Shown here piece by piece: positions 49,434 to 57,998 of a DNA stretch of 64,000 nt. A model generated the notes under the pieces. That model ran no database searches and was not told the DNA's origin. It saw only the letters and a list, made by a program, of their open reading frames with translations. Numbering within the stretch: position 1 is the first letter of the stretch; every line of letters starts with the position of its first letter. Origin of the DNA: a virus. Location of the stretch: IMG/VR virus record IMGVR_UViG_3300043438_002264, positions 60,541 through 124,540 of that record. The stretch is one strand, 5' to 3'. The translations under genes were made by a program, and so were the position numbers.

Positions 49434-50327
49434 ATGTTAAATGAAAGATACTACACTAAAGACGCCTCAGAGCCTTTCCTAGCCCCTGAAAGCATAGACC
49501 TGTTCGTAACCCACCCACCATACTTTAATCTCAACAGTGAGGCGTATGGCAACCCTGAGGGGCAATTGCAGAACACTGGTGACAGAGAAGTTTTTGTAAA
49601 TAAGATTATTGGTGTTATTAAGCATATGGAAATGGCGTTAAAGCCTACTGGAACCATTCTTATTGGATTTCCAACAGACCCAAATATCTATAAAATAATT
49701 GAAAAAATTAACCAAGAAACAAAATTACAATATGGTCCAATGTTTTATTGGGATTTTACGGGAAGTGGTCACTTGGGTGGCAAAGTTGTCGGGGTAGAGA
49801 ATAATATCTTTTTAAACCTTCATAAGGGAGAACAATACGTAAGTCCAGACTATAAGCTAGATAGCTATACTTTGGTTCATCATTGGCTTATTCCAGATGA
49901 GCTAGTGAAAAAAAGCTATGTGGCCTTTGTTAATGATTCGGCACCAAAGATAGTTTATGAGAGGTTAATTGGCAGACATTCTAAGCCAGGAGATGTAGTT
50001 GCTGATCTTATGGCTGGCACTGGAATGGTTTTAAGTGTGGCCAAGGAAATGGGCAGAGAAGTAGTGTATAATGATATATCCACAGAGCAACTAAAACTAG
50101 CAAAAATGATAATAGACAATGAAGAGGAGACACAAGTGGAGTTAAAAAGAAAAGAAGTAATTGAGCTTATGACCAAAGAGCTTATAGATATGAATTTGGC
50201 TATGGCGACTAGTCAGTCAATTCCAAATGAGCAAATTCAAGAATATATAAAGCATGCTACTTTTGAGTTTAATAGGGTTAATGCGATTTTATTTGATATG
50301 CTCGTTCAGCGTGGGGTTATCCGATGA
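49434..50327 (+). CDS. Beta-class N6A/N4C DNA methyltransferase-like protein with C-terminal appendage
   Basis: SIDLFVTHPPY (motif IV) precedes PGDVVADLMAGTG (motif I). Confidence 0.75.
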   Translation: MLNERYYTKDASEPFLAPESIDLFVTHPPYFNLNSEAYGNPEGQLQNTGDREVFVNKIIGVIKHMEMALKPTGTILIGFPTDPNIYKIIEKINQETKLQYGPMFYWDFTGSGHLGGKVVGVENNIFLNLHKGEQYVSPDYKLDSYTLVHHWLIPDELVKKSYVAFVNDSAPKIVYERLIGRHSKPGDVVADLMAGTGMVLSVAKEMGREVVYNDISTEQLKLAKMIIDNEEETQVELKRKEVIELMTKELIDMNLAMATSQSIPNEQIQEYIKHATFEFNRVNAILFDMLVQRGVIR

Positions 50328-50441
50328 ATACCCCGAAAAATATAAAAATCTAAAACTAGTTAGATTCAGGCTGTGGAGTATTTTGTCCACAAGTACAGTT
50401 ACCGTTACACATAAAATAATTATATCACCATAGGAGACAAA

Positions 50442-50618
50442 ATGGAAAAGAAGCCTTATATTAAGTATTATGAGGATAAGGATTGGTTGCAGAATGAATA
50501 CAATACCCTGCAAAAATCATCAAGAGAGATTGGCAATGATTTGCATGTGTCATATAAGCTAATTGAGATTTGGCTAAGAAAATTTGATATCCCTGTTAGA
50601 CAGCCTATTTATTCTTAG
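50442..50618 (+). CDS. Small HTH protein, not in ORF track
   Basis: MEKKPYIKYYEDKDWLQNEY..LQKSSREIGNDLHVSYKLIEIWLRKFDIP; AGGAG RBS. Confidence 0.65.
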   Translation: MEKKPYIKYYEDKDWLQNEYNTLQKSSREIGNDLHVSYKLIEIWLRKFDIPVRQPIYS

Positions 50619-50893
50619 GCTTTTGGCTGCACTTATTACAAAATTGATCCAGGAATAGCTTTAGTGTCCATGAGCATGATGGCTTCTTCATGGATCTATT
50701 GTATACCCCGATTTTACCAAAATCTGAAAAAATTTAAATTTACCAAAATCTGAATATTTCTAGCAAGTGTATGATGCATCATTGGAACAAAAACGCAAAC
50801 GGTTATTAGTGAGCACACCGCTTACGCTATTGCCATACTAAGAATAACAGTAGTGCTACCACTAAAATAATGAACACCTCTGCCACCATTTTT

Positions 50894-51094
50894 CTACTTG
50901 ATAATACTTAGGCTTGCCAAAGCATCTTCCGCATTGTCAAACATTTTGATAAAAGCATTTTGTGCTTTCTTGTCTTTACAGAATTGTAAAGTGTGAACGC
51001 TGTCCCAAGCCTTCTTCATCTTGTAATAAGTTCCAACCTGTGAAACTTTGTATTCGCAACCCTTACAAGTCCAAGTTCTTCCAGCTGTTGTCAT
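50894..51094 (-). CDS. Small Zn-finger-like protein
   Basis: CKGC...H....C; coupled to the upstream gene. Confidence 0.55.
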   Translation of the reverse strand: MTTAGRTWTCKGCEYKVSQVGTYYKMKKAWDSVHTLQFCKDKKAQNAFIKMFDNAEDALASLSIIK

Positions 51095-51192
51095 TAGTTA
51101 TTTTCCTTTTCTGTTAGTGCGATTGTTAGTGTTGTAATGTTGCTAATTGCTTGGTCGTATTCTTCCCAAGTGTCAAAGGTTAGGGTTATCAA
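51094..51192 (-). CDS. 32-aa microprotein (paralog of 52042-52137)
   Basis: TTG start; MITLTFDTWEEYDQAISNITTLTIALTEKENN. Confidence 0.6.
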   Translation of the reverse strand: MITLTFDTWEEYDQAISNITTLTIALTEKENN

Positions 51193-51347
51193 ACTTTACC
51201 CCCAAAACTTTTGACCAGCTTAGTTAGTCTAAGTAGTTCGTTATAGAAACTATCGTCAAGTTCTACATTAGCGTTCATACTTGATTCTGCTATTGCTTTT
51301 AGCTTGTCGTATTCCTTTTGGTAATCGGAAACTTTTTTTATTCGCAT
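51189..51347 (-). CDS. Hypothetical small protein
   Basis: MRIKKVSDYQKEY...; start reassigned to avoid a long overlap. Confidence 0.5.
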   Translation of the reverse strand: MRIKKVSDYQKEYDKLKAIAESSMNANVELDDSFYNELLRLTKLVKSFGGKV

Positions 51348-51348
51348 A

Positions 51349-51540
51349 CTATTCACCACTTCCGCAAACAATACCCTTATCGCAAGACTCCCAATAGGCG
51401 AAGCTTGAGCAAAAGGCACAACCTTGGAACTTATCGTGTGAAACACAATACTCTCTATCTTGGTATTCTTCGCAACAGCGGAATAAGTCATCACCCTCAA
51501 TGGTGTAGTAAGTTTTTTCTCTATTTATCATTTTGTTCAT
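51349..51540 (-). CDS. Small Cys-rich protein
   Basis: ATG 51540 after AGAAAGGAA RBS; CC...C..H....C..C. Confidence 0.55.
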   Translation of the reverse strand: MNKMINREKTYYTIEGDDLFRCCEEYQDREYCVSHDKFQGCAFCSSFAYWESCDKGIVCGSGE

Positions 51541-51565
51541 TTTTATTTCCTTTCTTTCTACAATT

Positions 51566-51587
51566 AGCCTATCACGAGCTACCGACA
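51566..51587 (-). promoter_or_regulatory. TGTCGG-N10-TANNNT promoter (leftward)
   Basis: TGTCGGtagctcgtgaTAGGCT upstream of the 51540 gene. Confidence 0.65.
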
Positions 51588-51665
51588 ATTGTGCCACCTT
51601 TACAAGCCTTTTGACTACAAACTTTTACCTTCTTTTTTGTAGGGTATCTACAACAATAATTAGAG

Positions 51666-51797
51666 TTATCCACAGATTTAGAGTAGTTATCCACAGGTTT
51701 GTTATCAAATCGTTATAATTATTTTTATTTTATCGGCGTGTCGGTTTGACAATTCTAAAAAAATCGGCTAGCCAACTGTGGATAACTTTGTGTATAA
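51666..51797. promoter_or_regulatory. DnaA-box cluster 1
   Basis: TTATCCACA at 51666 and 51687; TGTGGATAA at 51777; TGTGTATAA at 51789. Confidence 0.7.
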
Positions 51798-51893
51798 CTC
51801 TGTTATGATATCGTTATGAAACACCCCGAATTACCTCCCCAAATGTCGGTGGTTTGTGATAGGGTTTTAGTAAGGCAAAAGAAAGGAAACTAA

Positions 51894-52034
51894 ATGGACA
51901 AAATGTGTGTTTACTGCGAGAGTGTTTTTACTTCAGACACTATCGTCTGCCACAACTGTAATGAGTATGATGGTATGATGCCATTGGAACAGGCTATCGA
52001 CTACCTCAACCTTGACCCCAACGACTTTATTTAG
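51894..52034 (+). CDS. Small CxxC-CxxC protein
   Basis: MDKMCVYCESVFTSDTIVCHNCNEYDG...; GAAAGGAA RBS. Confidence 0.6.
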   Translation: MDKMCVYCESVFTSDTIVCHNCNEYDGMMPLEQAIDYLNLDPNDFI

Positions 52035-52041
52035 GAGAAAA

Positions 52042-52137
52042 ATGATAACACTAACATTCGAAACTTGGGAAGAGTTTGACAACGCTATCGCTGGGATAGT
52101 ATCATTGGAAACAGAGCTAACTAAGGAGAGCAAGTAA
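52042..52137 (+). CDS. 31-aa microprotein
   Basis: MITLTFETWEEFDNAIAGIVSLETELTKESK; AGGAG RBS. Confidence 0.6.
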   Translation: MITLTFETWEEFDNAIAGIVSLETELTKESK

Positions 52138-52295
52138 TGACTGAAGAAATGTTTGATGAAATGCTTGATGAGATTTACCCTGTTGTGATAATGGGTGAAC
52201 TAACTTTTTACCCTTCACAAATACTAAAGAATTGCGACCCTATCGCATACAGAATTGCGATGTCAGAAATGGAAGAAGATGAAGATGACAATTGA
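52137..52295 (+). CDS. Small acidic protein
   Basis: MTEEMFDEMLDEIYP...PSQILKNCDPIAYRI; TAATG coupling. Confidence 0.6.
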   Translation: MTEEMFDEMLDEIYPVVIMGELTFYPSQILKNCDPIAYRIAMSEMEEDEDDN

Positions 52296-52381
52296 AGAAT
52301 TAGAAACTTTGATTTATCAAATTGACCTAATGCTGTCAGAGGATACTGCTACACTATTTACAACACCAGAGGAGAAATAAA

Positions 52382-52516
52382 ATGGAACTGTTTTTGATTT
52401 TAGTAGTTGTTGGCGTTTCAGTTTTTGTTGGAACTTCGCTTGCCGCTATTTTGTTTTTGCTACAAGAAAATAACAGACTTGGCGAAGAGTTAGAAAAGAA
52501 CGAGCCACCGTTTTGA
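52382..52516 (+). CDS. Small membrane protein
   Basis: MELFLILVVVGVSVFVGTSLAAILFLL...; GAGGAG RBS. Confidence 0.55.
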   Translation: MELFLILVVVGVSVFVGTSLAAILFLLQENNRLGEELEKNEPPF

Positions 52517-52648
52517 TTTGACAAAACCGCAGAAATGCGGCTAGCCATTTTCTTAGATCGATCTAATGTTTTTTACGAAGAAGTTTAAGAACCCCCCAAA
52601 ATGTCTTAGGGTCGTGGTAAGTTTATCTTATCAACGAAAGGAAACCCT

Positions 52649-53167
52649 ATGGACTACGCTGCAATTTATTCAGGAATCGTAAAGAACGCTACCTTTGGTC
52701 AGGTAGAGCAAGCAAGTAAGTGGTATGTTGACGCAGAGCGTATTGCAGAAAAGGTTGCAGAGAATCTAAACACTACCCTTGAGGTTGGTGCAAGTGTTGT
52801 ATCTGCATTCTCTCCACGTGAACGATGGAGTATAAACGTTGCAAGAGCTATTGCATTCTCACTTGGCCAAGAAGTCACCTGCCTAAAGAATAACATAGTC
52901 ATGGCTAACAATGCCTTGACACTTGGCTTTAGTGCTCTAAACGGATTGAAGACTAATGCATTTGCTAAAGCTATTGCAGGTGACGAGCAAGCCGTTGTGA
53001 TTGATGTTTGGATGTTGAGAGCTGTTGGAATTGAAAAGAAGACACCAGGACAGGGGTTGTATCATGAGTTATCGGAAGCTGTAAAGAAAACTGCTTTTGA
53101 TTTTGGGATGACTCCAAGAGCTATGCAGGCTTTGATTTGGATTGTTGTTAGAGGTGCAGCAGAGTAA
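52649..53167 (+). CDS. Conserved phage protein (WY...SP...W..N...IDxW; possibly DNA-glycosylase-like fold)
   Basis: Motifs KWYVDA, SAFSPRERWSIN, VVIDVWM and QALIW. Confidence 0.55.
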   Translation: MDYAAIYSGIVKNATFGQVEQASKWYVDAERIAEKVAENLNTTLEVGASVVSAFSPRERWSINVARAIAFSLGQEVTCLKNNIVMANNALTLGFSALNGLKTNAFAKAIAGDEQAVVIDVWMLRAVGIEKKTPGQGLYHELSEAVKKTAFDFGMTPRAMQALIWIVVRGAAE

Positions 53168-53278
53168 GCTTGACAGCTACCCCGAAAGGGGCTAGCCGTT
53201 ATCAGATCGTTATAAAACGATTTATGAAGATGTGTGTTTTTCCCCCAAAATGTCTGAGGGTAATGCTAAGATAAAACT

Positions 53279-53431
53279 ATGATGAACAAGAACAATGAGG
53301 CAAGACGAAGGGCAGAGTCTAAAGAGTTATTTAGGCTAATGCTAAAGTCGCCACACCTTGTTGAGCTACCTAAGAAATACAAAGGAAGCCGTCAGTCTAA
53401 TAAGGCTAAGGCAATAAAGGAGAGCGAATGA
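53279..53431 (+). CDS. Small basic protein (leaderless)
   Basis: MMNKNNEARRRAESKELF...KKYKGSR; ATG 6 nt after the -10 box. Confidence 0.55.
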   Translation: MMNKNNEARRRAESKELFRLMLKSPHLVELPKKYKGSRQSNKAKAIKESE

Positions 53432-53577
53432 TTCTACAAGGCTTGATTCACTATGTTTGCGAAGATTGTAATAGGTTTGTTCACTCTAATACAGTCTATG
53501 GCTATGACCTCAAGAATGTCTGTGGCAGATGTTATGCTATTCACGCAGGACACCCCTCAACAAGAAAGGTAAAGTAA
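53428..53577 (+). CDS. Small CxxC-CxxC protein
   Basis: MILQGLIHYVCEDC...VCGRC; ATGA overlap. Confidence 0.45.
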   Translation: MILQGLIHYVCEDCNRFVHSNTVYGYDLKNVCGRCYAIHAGHPSTRKVK

Positions 53578-53771
53578 TGTCAAAGTATGCCGTATCAGTT
53601 CAGCTATCAGGTAATGATGGAAATGCTTTTGCCGTAATGGGAGCCGTAAAGTCTGCCCTCAAAAAAGCTGGAGCAAGCAAGGAAGAAATTGAGCAATACC
53701 TAACAGACTCTATGTCTGGCGACTATGACAACTTATTGCGTGTAGCAATGGAATGGGTAAAGGTAAAGTAA
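53577..53771 (+). CDS. Conserved small phage protein (DGNAF family)
   Basis: LSGNDGNAFAVMGAV...SGDYDNLL; start reassigned to 53577. Confidence 0.65.
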   Translation: MSKYAVSVQLSGNDGNAFAVMGAVKSALKKAGASKEEIEQYLTDSMSGDYDNLLRVAMEWVKVK

Positions 53772-53898
53772 TGTTAGGACAACTAAGCATAAGCTTTTGC
53801 GATACCTGTAATGAGTTTGGTATGGTGTCGGTAGTAGATGGTAAACTAATGGTACAGTATTGTGATTGTGAAGTAGAAACCGTAGAAGGAGAATAGTA

Positions 53899-54213
53899 AT
53901 GGGATACGCAACAGCAGTTGGACTTACAGATACAGACCTAACCCTATCGGACCAAATTAGTATTCACTTTAGTAGCAATTGTTATCCGCCAATTCCGAAG
54001 ATAATGATTCCTGTAGCAGTAGCAGCTATTGACGCTTATTGGGAAGAGGACTACAACCGTCTAATTGAATTACCGTTTGATGGAGTAGACCGTAATGGAG
54101 AGCCTTTTCAGATTCGTTGGCGTGATGGTTCAACAAGTGTTTCTGCCTCAAAAGCAATTCAGTCTCTCAGACTTGACGCTTGGTGTGTAGATGACTATGA
54201 AGATGAGGACTGA
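53899..54213 (+). CDS. Hypothetical protein
   Basis: 104 aa, AGGAG RBS, HFSSNCYPPIP. Confidence 0.6.
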   Translation: MGYATAVGLTDTDLTLSDQISIHFSSNCYPPIPKIMIPVAVAAIDAYWEEDYNRLIELPFDGVDRNGEPFQIRWRDGSTSVSASKAIQSLRLDAWCVDDYEDED

Positions 54214-54454
54214 TGCAGGGTATTCATATTCTAATGATAGCTTTTGTTCTCGCAATGTTGCTGATTAGAGAATAAGCTACCCCGAAAGGGGCTAGCCTAT
54301 TTGGATCCAAAAGTCAAGCAAAAACAAATGTTACGATTGTGTAACGAATCCCCCCAAATACTATACAATGTCGGTGGGTAATGCTACAATAAAGCTATCA
54401 ACAAATGTTGGTAATAAATAGAAAAAGACCATCTTGGTCGGAAAGAAGCAAAAA

Positions 54455-54607
54455 ATGGAAAACACTCTAACTGTTGGCTCACAGTTCACCACCGCTAAGT
54501 CTGGAGTATCAGGCACAATTCAGGAAGTCGTAGCAAACAAGAACGGCACTTTCCGTGTTCGTCTTGATGTTGCTGGACAGCCTCGCTGGACTACTGTAAA
54601 GAAGTAG
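54455..54607 (+). CDS. 50-aa SH3-like small protein, not in ORF track
   Basis: MENTLTVGSQFTTAKSGVSGTIQEVVANKNGTFRVRLDVAGQPRWTTVKK. Confidence 0.6.
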   Translation: MENTLTVGSQFTTAKSGVSGTIQEVVANKNGTFRVRLDVAGQPRWTTVKK

Positions 54608-54744
54608 TCTAATCTTTGTTGGTGGCGTTAGACTACATAAAAGGGTGAATCAGAGTCTATTTGAGAACCCCTGCCACTTTCACAAATGTCGTAGGTATCC
54701 CCTATAATGTAAACAACCCAATCAAGAAAAGGAAGTAATAAACT

Positions 54745-55188
54745 ATGGCAAGAACCCTGTCAGTAAAAATCCCAACCGCAAAACTAATCGCAGATGTAGA
54801 GCAGTCTATCGCAAAGATAGATGTTGCTATTGCTGAGTATGCTGAGAAGCGTAAGCAGTATGAAACAGAAATCAAGCAGTATGACAAAGACATTGTTGCT
54901 CACGCTATAAAGGCTATGTCAGACCCAGACAACATTGGAACAGAACACGGCTCATTAGTTCGTGTATCAAGAGGATACAACGGAAACATTTCTGTTGATT
55001 TTGATGTTGAGGCACTTGGCTTACCACCAAAGCCAGTAGAGCCACCAAGACCAAATGAGAAAACTTATTTTGGTCGTGAGTATGCTACACGCAAGGAAGT
55101 CTTAGAGCGTAATCTTCGTATTCTAAAGATGACAAGTCAAGAAGAGGTTTCAGCAAGTTCTTACTCTGCTGTTATTGACCTTATCTAA
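54745..55188 (+). CDS. Hypothetical coiled-coil protein
   Basis: 147 aa, preceded by promoter 54687 and an RBS. Confidence 0.65.
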   Translation: MARTLSVKIPTAKLIADVEQSIAKIDVAIAEYAEKRKQYETEIKQYDKDIVAHAIKAMSDPDNIGTEHGSLVRVSRGYNGNISVDFDVEALGLPPKPVEPPRPNEKTYFGREYATRKEVLERNLRILKMTSQEEVSASSYSAVIDLI

Positions 55189-55230
55189 ACTTAGGGAACA
55201 AGCCTTGCTTGACAAGGAAAACGCCCGAAG

Positions 55231-55257
55231 CAACCTGAGTATGTTGTAAAACTGCTT
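55231..55257 (+). ncRNA. Putative H-type pseudoknot, copy 1
   Basis: CAAC-CTGAGTA-T-GTTG-TAAAA-CTGCTT. Confidence 0.5.
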
Positions 55258-55425
55258 CCCCTCCCCCTCTAAAGCTGAAGGACTTATGTCCACAAATACT
55301 GCGGGGGACTCAAGGGGGCTAGCCCAAAATAACAAATTGATAACAACTTTAAGAAAAGCCTTTACGAACCCTTGAAAATGTCGGTGGTATACCCTACAAT
55401 GGAAGCAAGCAACGAAAGGAAAACA

Positions 55426-55626
55426 ATGTCGTATGACGAAATTAGAAATGTAGGATACGTGTCCTATGATGGAAACTATGGAGCAGAGGCAGACTTGCTT
55501 GTGTTTGATAGCGATGTCCTGACCTTGCAGCAATGGGAAACTCTTGGTGAGGTAAGCGACAACGATAGGTATGAGTATGTTCAGGCTATCTTTGCTGGCA
55601 AAGACTTATCACTATGGGAGGGCTAA
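55426..55626 (+). CDS. Hypothetical protein
   Basis: MSYDEIRNVG...; start reassigned after the GAAAGGAA RBS. Confidence 0.6.
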   Translation: MSYDEIRNVGYVSYDGNYGAEADLLVFDSDVLTLQQWETLGEVSDNDRYEYVQAIFAGKDLSLWEG

Positions 55627-55946
55627 TGTTAGACCTGATAGAGATGGATTACAGGATTGATGAGTATACCAATGAGGCTAAAGGTATTGCTTTCGATACC
55701 TGCCACAAAATCTACGTCCTAATGGATGAGGAGCAGGTTGCTCTTATGCGTGAGTATGGCTATGAAAAACTAATCACAAGTGATGAGATGAATGGTGATG
55801 AGCTAAGACGGCAAGTCATGGACTGGTATCACGAGTCTTGTGGACTTAGGTTTGTCAATGCCGTGTCAAGTGATAAAAGTTTTGGGGATGATGGTTGGGT
55901 CACCATTATTGGTCAGGGCGAGGATTCTGAAGACGAAGATGAATAA
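55626..55946 (+). CDS. Hypothetical protein
   Basis: IAFDTCHKIYVLMD...WYHESCGLRFV; TAATG coupling. Confidence 0.6.
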   Translation: MLDLIEMDYRIDEYTNEAKGIAFDTCHKIYVLMDEEQVALMREYGYEKLITSDEMNGDELRRQVMDWYHESCGLRFVNAVSSDKSFGDDGWVTIIGQGEDSEDEDE

Positions 55947-55987
55947 TGTCGGTGGGTGCTGATAAAGTGGAAGAAAGAAAGGAAACT

Positions 55988-56158
55988 ATGAAAACTTGGC
56001 AAGTAGAATACAATGCCGCTTATTGGGTAGAAGCAGAGACAGAAGATGAGGCTATTGAATTAGCTATGGAGAAACACGCTGACCTACCAGACGGAGATTG
56101 GGAAGCTATGATTGACCCCTATGATAGCAACAACTTCAATACCCTTGGAGAAAAGTAA
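55988..56158 (+). CDS. Small acidic protein (VEAxxxxEA family)
   Basis: MKTWQVEYNAAYWVEAETEDEAIELA; similar to 58525-58704. Confidence 0.6.
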   Translation: MKTWQVEYNAAYWVEAETEDEAIELAMEKHADLPDGDWEAMIDPYDSNNFNTLGEK

Positions 56159-56277
56159 TGTCAGCGGGTAGCGTTATAATTATTGAGTGCCCAAGGCACG
56201 AAGGCAATTTCGATTGCACACCATTCTGCAACATATGTGAAGGAGAACAGGAGATAAAATGGGCACCAGGAATCTAA
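56158..56277 (+). CDS. Small Cys-rich peptide
   Basis: MSAGSVIIIECPRHEGNFDCTPFCNICEGEQEIKWAPGI. Confidence 0.45.
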   Translation: MSAGSVIIIECPRHEGNFDCTPFCNICEGEQEIKWAPGI

Positions 56278-56762
56278 CAGTAGTAAAGAATTCGCAGGGT
56301 ACTACCAAAATTGCTCAATACGGACAATGGGACGGATACCCAAGCTATTCAGGTATTCAGGTCTTAGAGTTTTTGCGTGATGAGTATAACCAACAGCTGT
56401 TGGAAGCTAAGCTTGATGTTGTAGAGTTTATTACAGACGAAGAGCTTGACACTATCTATGAGCCTTTCAAGACTATGGATTTTGAGAATAAGGAATTCCT
56501 AAACGCCTACCCTGGCCTACACAGAGATACAGGTGTTGACATTTTGAAAGTTGTTGCCAACGCCAAGGGTATTATCAAGACTGTAGACAATTCAGACTTT
56601 AGGAATGATGAACTATTTTGCGAGGGCGTCTATGAAGTAGACTTCCAATCTAAAAAGTTTATCTCTACTTATAACGAAATCATCAAAGAGTTCTTTTTAG
56701 AAAACCTTCCGACTAATGAACACTACCTAACTGCAATGGGTGTGGAGCTGGAAACAGTATAA
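56259..56762 (+). CDS. Conserved phage protein (MGTR...WDGYP family)
   Basis: MGTRNLT...QYGQWDGYPS...YEVDF. Confidence 0.65.
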   Translation: MGTRNLTVVKNSQGTTKIAQYGQWDGYPSYSGIQVLEFLRDEYNQQLLEAKLDVVEFITDEELDTIYEPFKTMDFENKEFLNAYPGLHRDTGVDILKVVANAKGIIKTVDNSDFRNDELFCEGVYEVDFQSKKFISTYNEIIKEFFLENLPTNEHYLTAMGVELETV

Positions 56763-56802
56763 GCATGTTGGCCTAACCTTACTTCCTTTCTGTTAGGTCA
56801 AC

Positions 56803-56830
56803 CGTCCTGGACACGACGTACAAACTGTCC
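56803..56830 (+). ncRNA. Putative H-type pseudoknot, copy 2
   Basis: CGTC-CTGGACA-C-GACG-TACAAA-CTGTCC. Confidence 0.5.
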
Positions 56831-56980
56831 ACTCTTTTGGGCTAGCCCACTTGTGTCTAAATGTCAAGCCCTTTACGATCTGTTTACGATAACCTCGAAT
56901 CTTTTCCCAAATTAGTCTTGACTTTGTCGGTGGGTGGGTGTAAGATAGTCTTATCTAAACACTAAAGAAAGGCAATACAA

Positions 56981-57991
56981 ATGGCACATTTGTTAGAATC
57001 AGTAAACGGAGAAACAGCATTTGCTTCTTTTCGTGAGCCAGCTTGGCACGGATTGGGAACTGTATTCACTGAGGAAGTTTCAACAGCTGAAATGCTAAAG
57101 AAAGCTAAACTAAACAACTGGGATGTTCGCTTGGAAGATGTAGAGATTCCTAACCAGTTTAGTTCCGACAAGAATTATTCTTTTGTCGTTAGAGATAACC
57201 CATTTACCTTGGGCAATAAGGATGTTCTTGGCATTGTCGGTGAGCGTTATGTTCCTCTTCAGAATGAGGAGCTATTTGATTTTGCTGACACACTATTAGA
57301 CAATGGTGGCAGATGGGAAACTGCTGGTTCCATCAAGGGCGGTAGAGTTGTATTTGGCTCACTTGCTCTTGAGCGTGAAACTGTTATTGACCCTAACGGA
57401 GTTGGAGATAAAGTAAACACCTATCTTCTTGTAAACACATCTCACGACGGCTCTATTGCTATTCAGGCAAGCATTACACCTGTCCGAGTTGTATGTGCTA
57501 ACACTCTAAACCTTGCTCTTGGTAATCGTGGGCGTAATGGTTCAGTAAAGCAGTCATTCAAGATTCGCCACACACAGACAGCAGAAGGTAAGATTCAGGT
57601 TGCTCGTGAGGCTCTTGGACTTGCTAACGCATACATTGATGAGTTTAGCCTAATGGCAAACAAGATGATTCAAGCTGAGGTTAGCAAAAAGAAGTTTGAT
57701 GAAATTGTTTTGGCATTGTATCCACAGCCAAAAGAAGAAGCAAAGAACGCCAACAGTCGTTGGGCAAAAAAGATTGACCTTATCAATGACATCTATGTTG
57801 GTGATTTCAACAACACAATTACTGGAACAGCTTGGGGTGTTGCTAATGCCCTAACTGAAAGATTAGACTGGTATAGAACAGGTCGCAAAGGCAAAACAGA
57901 ATCACTTCTTGTTGGTGCCTCTGGTCTTGACCCAGTCATCAATGCTGAGAAGAATAGAATCTTCAAGGCAGTTCAGTTGGCAACAGCCTAA
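56981..57991 (+). CDS. DUF932 / TIGR03299-like phage-plasmid protein
   Basis: PAWHGLG, ETAGSIKGG, NTSHDGS, TPVRVVCANTL and IRHT motifs. Confidence 0.85.
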   Translation: MAHLLESVNGETAFASFREPAWHGLGTVFTEEVSTAEMLKKAKLNNWDVRLEDVEIPNQFSSDKNYSFVVRDNPFTLGNKDVLGIVGERYVPLQNEELFDFADTLLDNGGRWETAGSIKGGRVVFGSLALERETVIDPNGVGDKVNTYLLVNTSHDGSIAIQASITPVRVVCANTLNLALGNRGRNGSVKQSFKIRHTQTAEGKIQVAREALGLANAYIDEFSLMANKMIQAEVSKKKFDEIVLALYPQPKEEAKNANSRWAKKIDLINDIYVGDFNNTITGTAWGVANALTERLDWYRTGRKGKTESLLVGASGLDPVINAEKNRIFKAVQLATA

Positions 57992-57998
57992 CAGCAAA

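Noticed and set aside
51739-51760. TGTCGG at 51739 as another PafBC-type promoter
   Set aside because: No TANNNT at the required 10-nt distance (reads CTAAAA)
55231-55257. CTGAG...AAAC motif as a hammerhead ribozyme
   Set aside because: Lacks the CUGAnGA/GAAA core and three-stem junction; pairing fits a pseudoknot instead
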